Assembly: GCA_020060465.1 (NCBI GenBank) | Contig: JAGVAD010000005.1 | Coordinates: forward strand, 46,003-110,002 | Source: Anaerolineales bacterium | GTDB taxonomy: Bacteria; Chloroflexota; Anaerolineae; Anaerolineales; UBA4823 | Reading direction: 5' to 3' | Length of the DNA stretch: 64,000 bases | Shown: positions 16,862 to 24,269 of the stretch, piece after piece | Numbering within the stretch: the stretch's first letter is position 1 | Layout of the letters: each line of letters starts with the position of its first letter | Position numbers and translations under genes: made by a program | Notes under the pieces: model-generated | The model's input: only the letters and a program-made list of their open reading frames with translations | Database searches by the model: none | What the model was told of the DNA's origin: nothing

Positions 16862-19834
16862 TCAGTATTCTGCCAGGGACAACACCACCCGGAACCCGAT
16901 GTAGTTGAGGAAGAGGTTGAGCGGATAGTACCTGCCGCGGTAGGCGCAGCGGGCGTCCTGTGGATGGGCGTTCCACGAGCCGCCACGCATCACCCGAGCG
17001 CCATCCGCTTGCAAGTCGTTGCGTCCATCCTCCGCGTGATAGGGGTATGGTTGGTAGAGGCTGAGTGTCCATTCCCAAACGTTGCCGCTCATATCAAGCA
17101 CATCGTAGGGGCTGGCGCCTTTGGGAAAGATGCCCACCGGCGAGGTCTGTTCGAGTTGGGTTTCGCTGTAATTGGCATGCTCGGGGGTGATGCGGTTGCT
17201 GCCCCAGGGATAGATGCGCCCGTCCGCGCCGCGCGCCGCTTTTTCCCATTGCGCCTCGCTGGGCAAGGAGAAACTTTCAGGGCGCTGCGCCGCTAGCCAG
17301 AAGGCGCGCTGCTCTGGAGAGAGGTCGTCCCGCGCCAGGTATTGTGAGCTAAGCGAGGCTAATTTCTCGCCCAGCCAGCGGCAGTAGGCCAACGCTTCAT
17401 ACCAGCTTACCCCCATCACGGGGCGGGTCAGCGCTCCCCCTCTGGCATCTCCCCAATCGTACGGCTGGCTGCGGTTGTTCCTCTGCTGCCAGTCCCAGCC
17501 CGATTCCGGCGGTGTCCAATATCGCCGCTCATCGTAGCCATGCTCGGCGATGAAGTGGGCGAATTGGGCGTTGGTAACCGGGTAACGGCTGATGTAGAAA
17601 GCGGGCAATTCCAGGGTGTGTGGGGGCTTTTCGTCGTTATCCGCCTGCTTGTCATTCTCGGCGCTGCCCATCCGAAATGGCCCGGCAGGGATATACACAA
17701 AGCCCAGGGTCGGTTCTGGCCGGGTGCGGTAAAATGCCGGCAGGCTGAAGGTCTTTTCGTCGAAGCGCGGGTCGCCCAGAGCGGCCAGGGTATCGCCCGC
17801 GCGGGCGCGCAGGGCAGCCGGCGCGTTGCATGCCGGGTCGGTGAGCGCGGCTTCCAACTTCCCCGCCAGTTTGCGGCGAATGGCTGGATCCGGTCGTTCA
17901 ATTTCCAAGACGGCGGCGCCCGCCAGTTCCAATCCCCCCAGTTGCAGCGCTCCCTCGCCGCGCAGATTCGAGAGCCAGTCGAGATACTTTTGGGCGAAAG
18001 GGGCATAATCCTGTTTGGCGAAGCCGTATATCAGCAACAGCGCCTCGCGCCACCAGGAATCCAGCACATAATCCCGCAGCAAGCCCAGCGATAGCTCGCG
18101 GTCTTTGGCTAACCGGCGCGCCGCCAGGAACTCCTGAAAGGTCAAATGGGCGAACTGGAAGAGTTCAGCGCGCTCTTCCAGTAATCCACCGCGGCTGCGC
18201 ACCGCTTTGATAAATTGATCCAACCTTTCTTTCGGCAGTTGAACGCTCAAGATTTCCCGCAAACGCGCTTCATCAACGGCAGCCCCGTTTTCCCCGTTGC
18301 GGTGCATTTCGAGCGCCAAATAAGCAAGCCACTCACGCTGTTCTTCCCAGGGGCCTCCCCAGTTGATCAATTCCTGACGGGCAGTATCCTCCTCCAGGTA
18401 TTGCGCCTGTAAGATGACCCGAACGACCGCTTCGTACAGGCGCGCCCGTTCGCGCGGCAATTCGGCCTCGCCCCATTTGACGCCGATCACCATGGTGGTC
18501 AACAAGGGTGTGCTGATCAGCGGGGGTTGATTTTGCCGTTCGTAGCGCTCATTGATGGTTCGAATAACAGAGGTAATGTCGGCAACCTGCGCCTCAACCT
18601 GAGTGGGGAACAATTGTTCACACCACCGACGCGCCAGATATTCGATTTGGTCGTCCTTCAGCTTGCACACATCCAGGCGGATAAAATCTTCGCTGAAGAT
18701 GGCGTTTTCTTTGTAGCCCGATTCACGTGCCGTGACGATGAACAGATTTCGCGGATAGATTTCGTTCGCCAGACGCTCGATTTCTTGGCGCGCCTGGCCG
18801 CGCTCTTCCTGGCTGACCACTTCATCCAGCCCATCCAACATCACCAGACAACCCCCGCCCACCAGCAGACGGTCAAAAAATTCATCCGCCAGGTCTTCAT
18901 CCGCTGTTTGGATCGCCTGGCTGCGTTTCTTGAGATACCATAAAATGAAACCCGCCAATGTCCCTGAACGCACTTTGGTAAGCACCTGGTCGGGCGACTC
19001 ATGGCACAGGCGCATGTATTCGCGCCGATAGCGCAGAGGAATGACCAGCGGCACCAGGGCGCGTCTCTGACTGGGCAAGTCGAAAGGCAGCGCCGTCTGG
19101 TGCAACGCATGGTCGGCTAATGAAGAAGCCAGAAAGGCCAGCAGGGTGCTTTTGCCGCTGCCCGCGCCGCCGATGATTGCCAGGCGGTCGCCCAGGGTCA
19201 GCATCTCCTTGAGGGCGATTTGTTCGCCTTCTGTTTGCCGCCTCTCGATTAATCGCAAAAAGGCTTTTTGCTCGGCGAATGGGTCGTCCTTGAATTTTTC
19301 TTGGGCCAGCTTTTCCACTTCGCTGCGCGCTGGCGGCGAAAGACGTTGCAAGGTAATGGGCACAAAGACGTCCGCCAGATTGCGCTTCTTGCGTTCTCCA
19401 GAGCGGCCCCACCCTTCCAAACCATACAAACGAGCCTGTCCAAAGGCTTTCTGCGCCCAGACGAAATAATCATACAGCAAACGCCGGAAGTCATCTTCCG
19501 ACATGCGCGGTTTGCCAGGCGGCGTCTGGAAAATCTGATACAGCACGACCCCGGTGTTGAGCCAGGAATGACTGACGGTTCCGCCGCTTGCAATTCCAGC
19601 ATTGTTTGCGTGTGTATTTGGCGCAGATTTCTCGCTCCGTCGGCTCAAGAACCAGAAGACCCCCGAAGCCAGCGACCCAATTGCCCACAGGATAGAGAGG
19701 AATGCATCTGCGCTCTGGATTAGCTCGCCGCGCGCGCCAAGAAAATTCATCAACGGCCGCCAGCCCAACCAGGTAACGATTGCCAGCAGCGCCAAAACGA
19801 GGGTGGTTCGTAGATAAGCCGACTTGTTTTTCAT
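16862..19834 (-). CDS. membrane-anchored NACHT-domain STAND NTPase with C-terminal FGE-sulfatase (SUMF1/DUF323-type) domain
   Basis: 990 aa. Two N-terminal TM helices are present. The NACHT domain shows Walker A IIGGAGSGKSTLLAFLA, Walker B CLVMLDGLDEV and the FIVTARESGY region. The last ~279 aa (nt ~16865-17701) are FGE-type (FVYIPAGPFRMGS...YPVTNAQF...MSGNVWEWT...RVMRGGSW...GFRVV). GGGAGG lies upstream of ATG 19834. Confidence 0.85.
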   Translation of the reverse strand: MKNKSAYLRTTLVLALLAIVTWLGWRPLMNFLGARGELIQSADAFLSILWAIGSLASGVFWFLSRRSEKSAPNTHANNAGIASGGTVSHSWLNTGVVLYQIFQTPPGKPRMSEDDFRRLLYDYFVWAQKAFGQARLYGLEGWGRSGERKKRNLADVFVPITLQRLSPPARSEVEKLAQEKFKDDPFAEQKAFLRLIERRQTEGEQIALKEMLTLGDRLAIIGGAGSGKSTLLAFLASSLADHALHQTALPFDLPSQRRALVPLVIPLRYRREYMRLCHESPDQVLTKVRSGTLAGFILWYLKKRSQAIQTADEDLADEFFDRLLVGGGCLVMLDGLDEVVSQEERGQARQEIERLANEIYPRNLFIVTARESGYKENAIFSEDFIRLDVCKLKDDQIEYLARRWCEQLFPTQVEAQVADITSVIRTINERYERQNQPPLISTPLLTTMVIGVKWGEAELPRERARLYEAVVRVILQAQYLEEDTARQELINWGGPWEEQREWLAYLALEMHRNGENGAAVDEARLREILSVQLPKERLDQFIKAVRSRGGLLEERAELFQFAHLTFQEFLAARRLAKDRELSLGLLRDYVLDSWWREALLLIYGFAKQDYAPFAQKYLDWLSNLRGEGALQLGGLELAGAAVLEIERPDPAIRRKLAGKLEAALTDPACNAPAALRARAGDTLAALGDPRFDEKTFSLPAFYRTRPEPTLGFVYIPAGPFRMGSAENDKQADNDEKPPHTLELPAFYISRYPVTNAQFAHFIAEHGYDERRYWTPPESGWDWQQRNNRSQPYDWGDARGGALTRPVMGVSWYEALAYCRWLGEKLASLSSQYLARDDLSPEQRAFWLAAQRPESFSLPSEAQWEKAARGADGRIYPWGSNRITPEHANYSETQLEQTSPVGIFPKGASPYDVLDMSGNVWEWTLSLYQPYPYHAEDGRNDLQADGARVMRGGSWNAHPQDARCAYRGRYYPLNLFLNYIGFRVVLSLAEY
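16877..17000 (-). other. DGR-type variable region (VR) at the 3' end of the NACHT-FGE gene
   Basis: This 124-nt segment is homologous to 20026-20146, with identical 27-nt and 24-nt flanks. In the core, 13 of 15 substitutions fall on adenines of the other copy. It encodes [33 protein letters not shown]. Confidence 0.75.
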
Positions 19835-19850
19835 CCATACCTCCCAGAAT

Positions 19851-19890
19851 GCCTCCGCGCCGCGCTCTTGCAGAGACAGGGCGCGGAGGC
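19851..19890 (-). other. 11-bp perfect stem-loop just upstream of the NACHT gene RBS
   Basis: GCCTCCGCGCC ...18 nt... GGCGCGGAGGC. The loop contains a further CTCT/AGAG pairing. The structure ends ~5 nt upstream of the GGGAGG RBS on the transcribed strand (~16 nt upstream of the ATG). Confidence 0.5.
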
Positions 19891-20025
19891 GGTTGGATAT
19901 TCGGCCGGGCGTCGCCTCGCCAGGGGCAAACGCCGCGACCAGGGGCTGACCAGGCTGGCAAAGTTTCTAACGCTCCGTCCCGCCTCTGTAAAGGTTGGGA
20001 TTTACCGGCGTTTTCATTTCGCTAT

Positions 20026-20146
20026 GGACAACACCACCCGGAACCCGATGTTGTTGTTGAAATTGTTCGGATTGTTCCTGTTGCGGTAGGCGCAGCGGGC
20101 GTTCCGTGGATTGTTGTTCCACGAGCCGCCACGCATCACCCGAGCG
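20026..20146 (-). repeat. DGR-type template repeat (TR), Asn-codon (AAC/AAT) rich
   Basis: This 121-nt copy of the VR reads [32 protein letters not shown]. It lies inside a 77-aa TTG-started ORF (20014-20247) that lacks the rest of an FGE domain and has no RBS. Confidence 0.75.
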
Positions 20147-20259
20147 GTGTGGGTCAGTCCCTGCAAAGCTGCGGCGCAAAGCCGCGGATTGCTCGATTGA
20201 TGTGGCATCTGTCGCTTCCAGCCGCGCTGGATCGCGAGTTTTCCCAATCGTTATTCACT

Positions 20260-20288
20260 ATTGTAGAATAATTTGTAGAGGATGGCAA
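20260..20288 (-). promoter_or_regulatory. candidate sigma70-type promoter reading toward TR and the NACHT gene
   Basis: The minus strand reads TTGCCA (20288-20283), a 17-nt spacer, then TACAAT (20265-20260), within an AT-rich patch. Tandem AAAATCCGTTG direct repeats lie just upstream. Confidence 0.4.
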
Positions 20289-20366
20289 CGGATTTTCAAC
20301 AACGGATTTTTATAATGGAGAGCATTCGGATGGTTTTCCACTCATAGAGGGGAATTTGATCTGAAG

Positions 20367-20447
20367 TGGCACAGGCTTTAGCCTGTGCTACCTGGTCACA
20401 GGCTAAAAGCCTGTGCTACTTGGTCACAGGCTAAAAGCCTGTGCTAC
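20367..20447. repeat. second array (3 units) of the same hairpin repeat, same orientation as array 1
   Basis: TGGCACAGGCTTTAGCCTGTGCTACC, TGGTCACAGGCTAAAAGCCTGTGCTACT and TGGTCACAGGCTAAAAGCCTGTGCTAC. The cysW stop codon (20444-20446) lies inside the last unit. Confidence 0.9.
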
Positions 20448-21289
20448 GCGGGATTGCGCTCTTTGCGGCGCATCCAGTCTGCGCCCATCACCAGCAGCAG
20501 CGAGATCAGGCCCAACACCAGGGCGGCGCTGTAGGCGCCGATGTACTGGCGTTCATCCAGCGCTCGATAGATGTACAAGGTGGCGGTTTCGGTGCGCCCC
20601 TGGATGCCTCCACCGATCACCAACACCGCGCCGAACTCGCCCAGGGCGCGCGCCAGAGTCAGCGTCACGCCGTAGATGAAGCCCCAGCGCAACGCCGGCA
20701 GGGTCACCCGCCAGAAGGTCTGCCAGCCGCTGGCGCCCAGGGTGGCGGCGGCCTGCTCTTGCTGTACGCCGAAGTTCTCTAAGATGGGGATCAGTTCGCG
20801 CACCATGAACGGCAGGGTGACAAACAGGGTGGCCAGGATCATACCTGGAACAGCGAACGCCACGCGGATGTGAAGCGCATCGAGCAGAGGCGCAAACAGT
20901 CCATTGCGTCCGAAGAGCAGCAGCAGCATATAGCCCACCACCACCGGCGAGACGGCGAAGGGCATGTCTATCAAGCCGTTGATATACTTGCGCCCCGGAA
21001 AGCGGTCGCGCACCATCACCCAGGCGACAATGACGCCAAAGACGCTGTGAACCGCGACCACGATGGCGCTGATTTGCAGGGTGAGCCAAAAGGCTTTGAG
21101 CACCTCCGGCTGCGACAGCGTCTCCAGCGCCGCCCCCAGGCCCTCTCGGAACGCTCCGCTCACCAGGGCAACGATGGGCGCCAGGATCAACACCCCCACA
21201 TAGAGAGCCACCGCTCCAATCAAGAGCCAACGCACCCAGCGGTTGCTGGCCGGTGTGGGACGGGTCGTTTTGTTGGTATTGAGGTTCAT
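20444..21289 (-). CDS. cysW: sulfate ABC transporter permease CysW
   Basis: 281-aa 6-TM permease. The EAA-loop region ARALGEFGAVLVIGGGIQGRTETATLYIY resembles CysW. Its start overlaps the cysT stop by 4 nt. Confidence 0.8.
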   Translation of the reverse strand: MNLNTNKTTRPTPASNRWVRWLLIGAVALYVGVLILAPIVALVSGAFREGLGAALETLSQPEVLKAFWLTLQISAIVVAVHSVFGVIVAWVMVRDRFPGRKYINGLIDMPFAVSPVVVGYMLLLLFGRNGLFAPLLDALHIRVAFAVPGMILATLFVTLPFMVRELIPILENFGVQQEQAAATLGASGWQTFWRVTLPALRWGFIYGVTLTLARALGEFGAVLVIGGGIQGRTETATLYIYRALDERQYIGAYSAALVLGLISLLLVMGADWMRRKERNPA

Positions 21290-22167
21290 GAAAGGTTGCT
21301 CCGGCTGCGCCGCTGAAAAGCGTCCACGATCATCATCAGGCAGAAGGCAATGGCCAGCATCACCACCGAAACGGCGCTGGCGCCCAGCCGGTTCTCGGAC
21401 TCGACCTCGCCCAATACATAGACCGCCGCCGTTTGTGAATACATGGGAATATTGCCAGCCACAATGACGATGGAGCCGAATTCGCCGATGGCGCGGGCAA
21501 AGCTCAGCAGTGCGCCGCTCGCCATAGGCAGGATCAGCGGCGGCAAGGTGATGCGACGGAAGATCGTCCAGGCGTTCGCGCCCAGGGTGGCGGCGGCGTC
21601 TTCCTGCGTGCGGTCAAGGCTCATCAGCACGGGCTGGATGGCGCGTACCACAAAGGGAAAGGTGATAAACAGCAGCGCCAGGATGATCCCCGGCGGAGCA
21701 AAGATCACCGAGAGGCCCAGTTTTTGTTTCAACCACACGCCCAATGCCTGCTGCGGCCCGAACAGCACCACCAGCATCACGCCGGTCACTAGGGTGGGGA
21801 TGGAGAGCGGCAGGTCAACCACGCTGTTGAGCAGCGACTTGCCGGGAAATTCATAACGCACCAGCACATAAGCCGTTAGAGCGCCCATGCCGGTATTGAT
21901 GATTGTCATCACCGCCGCCGTCCACAAGGTCAGCTTCAGGGCGTGCCAGGCGATGGGATTGCTGACCTGCGCCCATAGACCACTCAGCCCGGCGCGCAGC
22001 CCGTCTTGCAGGATGACCAGCAAAGGGATGATGAGCATCACCGTCAGATAGGTGAGGGCAATCGAGCGCATCGTCCATCGCCCCCAGGGCAGTGGACGGC
22101 GGCTCACATTTTTACCTGCTGGTTGGCTCAGGCGGCGTTCCAGTGAAAGCGGAGGCGTCTTTTCCAT
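21286..22167 (-). CDS. cysT: sulfate ABC transporter permease CysT
   Basis: 293-aa permease. ARAIGEFGSIVIVAGNIPMYSQTAAVYV resembles CysT/CysU. Confidence 0.8.
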   Translation of the reverse strand: MEKTPPLSLERRLSQPAGKNVSRRPLPWGRWTMRSIALTYLTVMLIIPLLVILQDGLRAGLSGLWAQVSNPIAWHALKLTLWTAAVMTIINTGMGALTAYVLVRYEFPGKSLLNSVVDLPLSIPTLVTGVMLVVLFGPQQALGVWLKQKLGLSVIFAPPGIILALLFITFPFVVRAIQPVLMSLDRTQEDAAATLGANAWTIFRRITLPPLILPMASGALLSFARAIGEFGSIVIVAGNIPMYSQTAAVYVLGEVESENRLGASAVSVVMLAIAFCLMMIVDAFQRRSRSNLS

Positions 22168-22203
22168 AAAGAACCTGATCTTCAGCGGCGAATCCCGTCT
22201 GCT

Positions 22204-24099
22204 TTAGCTTTCGATAATCAATGGATAGATCTGCGCGCCGATGAAATGCGAGCGCACAATCAGCGTCGCCCGGTCGTTGATCGTGTTCAATGCCTGCTCC
22301 ACCACGCCCGAAAGTGAAATTTGGCCTTTTTGGCCGGCCAGCGGCGCGCCCATAACCAATAAGTCATACCCGCCGCGCTTGACTTCCTGGGCGATGACCT
22401 CTACTGGCTGACCCTGATGAACAATCGCCTGCGCTGGGACGCCCAGCAATGCCAGCGACTGAATGCCGTCCTCCAGGAAACGCTCGGCGCGCCGCTTTGC
22501 ATCGGGATCGTTTCCGCTCAGCACAGAGAGCAGAGCCGCGTCGGCGCCCAGGTGGCGCACCAGGCGGCCGGCGAACAGCACATCGTCTTTGCCTGGCTCG
22601 CCTCTGGCGACGCAGATCAGGGCGTGACTGGGCGGCGCTTGCGGGCGCGGGATCAACAGCAAGTGATGCTCGCCCACCTGCAGAATCTGTTCCGCCAGGG
22701 GGATGTCTTCCTGCGGGTTGAACCCCAACACGATCAAATCGAACGGTTGTTGTTCGACCGCTTTGGTGATCGCCGCGGCGACGGGCTCCGGCGAAAGGCG
22801 CGCCTCCAGCGAGGCCAACCCGCTGCCGAGCTGCTTGCGCGCCTCCTGCAAATGCTCCTGCATCACCTCTTCTTTTTGCCCACAACCCAGCAGCGTCACG
22901 CGAGCATGGGCGAGGCGGGCAATTTGCCCGCCCAATTCGATTGCCGCCTGAGCGCGCAGTGAACCATCTGTGATAATCAAGAAACTCAACCCTGGATGCG
23001 CCAGGGCATGGATGCGATGGACGCCAACCCAGGCTTTTGCGCCTGGTCGGAGCGGAAAGCGCGCCGCCTGTTCCGGCGAGCGCGTGGCATCCACCAGGAT
23101 GGATTTGGTGCCAAACGGCGATGGCGGCGAGATGGGGCGCACATTGGGAATGGGCGGTAAGCGCAGCCGCAGCCGTTCGTAAGCCCCGCCAAACGAGACC
23201 TCCTCGACCTCCGCCTGCCCCAGGCGAGGGCAGTCCAGCGCTTTGGGTTCTGGCGCCAGGGCGACATCCTCCGGGCGGAACAGCACCTGAACGCGCCGCT
23301 CTTGCCCGGTTTCTAGGATCTCTTGCTCAATGGGAAAATGCAATGGCCCAACCGTAACGCCTTGTGAATTTACGTTACCTAACAACAAATTGGCTGACCC
23401 CAGGAAGGAGGCGACGAATTCGGTGCGCGGCCGTTGATAGAGGTCTTCCGGCGCGCCCACTTCGATCAAGCGCCCAAAGCTCATGATCCCCACCCGATCC
23501 GCCAGATCGAAGGCTTCTTCCTGATCGTGGGTGACAAAGATAGTGGCGATGCCCAACTGGCGCTGGATGGATTTCAAACTGCGGCGCAGTTCAATGCGAA
23601 TCTTGGCATCCAGCGCGCCCAGGGGTTCGTCCAACAGCAACACATCCGGGCGATAAGCCAGGGCGCGCGCCAGCGCCACGCGTTGTTGCTGACCGCCGGA
23701 TAACTGGCGCGGCATTCGGTCGCCCAGCCCCGCCAGGCCCACCAGCTCCAACAGCTCGTCGCGCCGCCGTTTGCGCTCTGCCGCGGGAATTTTACGGATG
23801 CTCAAACCGAACTCAATGTTTTCGGCAACGGTCATATATTGAAACAAAGCATAATTTTGGAAGACGAACCCCACCCTGCGTTGCTGCGTGGGCAGGTGGG
23901 TCACATCCCGCCCATGCAGCAAAATGCGTCCCTCGTCTGCATGAGTCAGCCCGGCGATGAGGCTCAGGATGGTGGTCTTGCCGCTGCCGCTTGAACCGAG
24001 CAGCACGAAGAATTCGCCGTCGCCCACTTCTAAAGAGACGTTATTCACCACCGGGTGCCCGTCATAACGCTTGGTCAGATGTTCGAGAATGATGGACAT
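22204..24099 (-). CDS. cysA: sulfate ABC transporter ATPase CysA fused to two C-terminal USP-like domains
   Basis: Walker A GSSGSGKTT, signature LSGGQQQRVALARAL and Walker B LLLDEP are followed by a TOBE-like segment. About 270 extra residues then form two universal-stress-protein-like repeats, the second ending LLVMGAPLAGQKGQISLSGVVEQAL...ATLIV. The start is at ATG 24099 (MSIILEHLTKRY). Confidence 0.8.
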   Translation of the reverse strand: MSIILEHLTKRYDGHPVVNNVSLEVGDGEFFVLLGSSGSGKTTILSLIAGLTHADEGRILLHGRDVTHLPTQQRRVGFVFQNYALFQYMTVAENIEFGLSIRKIPAAERKRRRDELLELVGLAGLGDRMPRQLSGGQQQRVALARALAYRPDVLLLDEPLGALDAKIRIELRRSLKSIQRQLGIATIFVTHDQEEAFDLADRVGIMSFGRLIEVGAPEDLYQRPRTEFVASFLGSANLLLGNVNSQGVTVGPLHFPIEQEILETGQERRVQVLFRPEDVALAPEPKALDCPRLGQAEVEEVSFGGAYERLRLRLPPIPNVRPISPPSPFGTKSILVDATRSPEQAARFPLRPGAKAWVGVHRIHALAHPGLSFLIITDGSLRAQAAIELGGQIARLAHARVTLLGCGQKEEVMQEHLQEARKQLGSGLASLEARLSPEPVAAAITKAVEQQPFDLIVLGFNPQEDIPLAEQILQVGEHHLLLIPRPQAPPSHALICVARGEPGKDDVLFAGRLVRHLGADAALLSVLSGNDPDAKRRAERFLEDGIQSLALLGVPAQAIVHQGQPVEVIAQEVKRGGYDLLVMGAPLAGQKGQISLSGVVEQALNTINDRATLIVRSHFIGAQIYPLIIES

Positions 24100-24185
24100 A
24101 GACAGTTCCCTGAGTTGAGCGCGCGCCAATGACCGTTTACGCGCCAACCTTGAAGCCAGTTTACCCCAGGGGAATGACAGGCGGC

Positions 24186-24217
24186 GTGATGAAGTTGTGA
24201 TAAAGTTGTGACAAAGG
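24186..24217 (-). promoter_or_regulatory. conserved 32-nt motif upstream of cysA (copy 1 of 2)
   Basis: The minus strand reads CCTTTGTCACAACTTTATCACAACTTCATCAC, with TCACAAC direct repeats spaced 11 bp. It is 26/32 identical to 28605-28636. Confidence 0.45.
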
Positions 24218-24269
24218 GGAGAATTTCCTGAGAAAATCGGCTTACAAAGCTCAGGCGGTTGGGGGTAGC

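Larger units (their letters stand above)
16575..20366 (-). mobile_element. degenerate DGR cassette / island (TR - NACHT-FGE target with VR - RT remnant) bracketed by hairpin-repeat arrays
   Basis: This call combines the TR/VR pair, the RT N-terminal fragment, the duplicated array-cysW junction, and housekeeping genes (moaC, cysW) on both sides. There is no integrase, no Avd and no intact RT. Confidence 0.55.

Noticed and set aside
19491-19961. 156-aa minus-strand ORF overlapping the 5' end of the NACHT gene
   Set aside because: It is an alternative frame of the same region. It is Arg/Pro/Gly-rich with no recognisable motifs. The NACHT frame has a good RBS and coherent TM helices.
20014-20247. 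77-aa ORF as a stand-alone FGE-sulfatase protein or gene fragment
   Set aside because: It has a TTG start and no RBS. It contains only the last ~40 residues of the fold, preceded by unrelated sequence. The run of Asn codons is better explained as a non-coding DGR template repeat.
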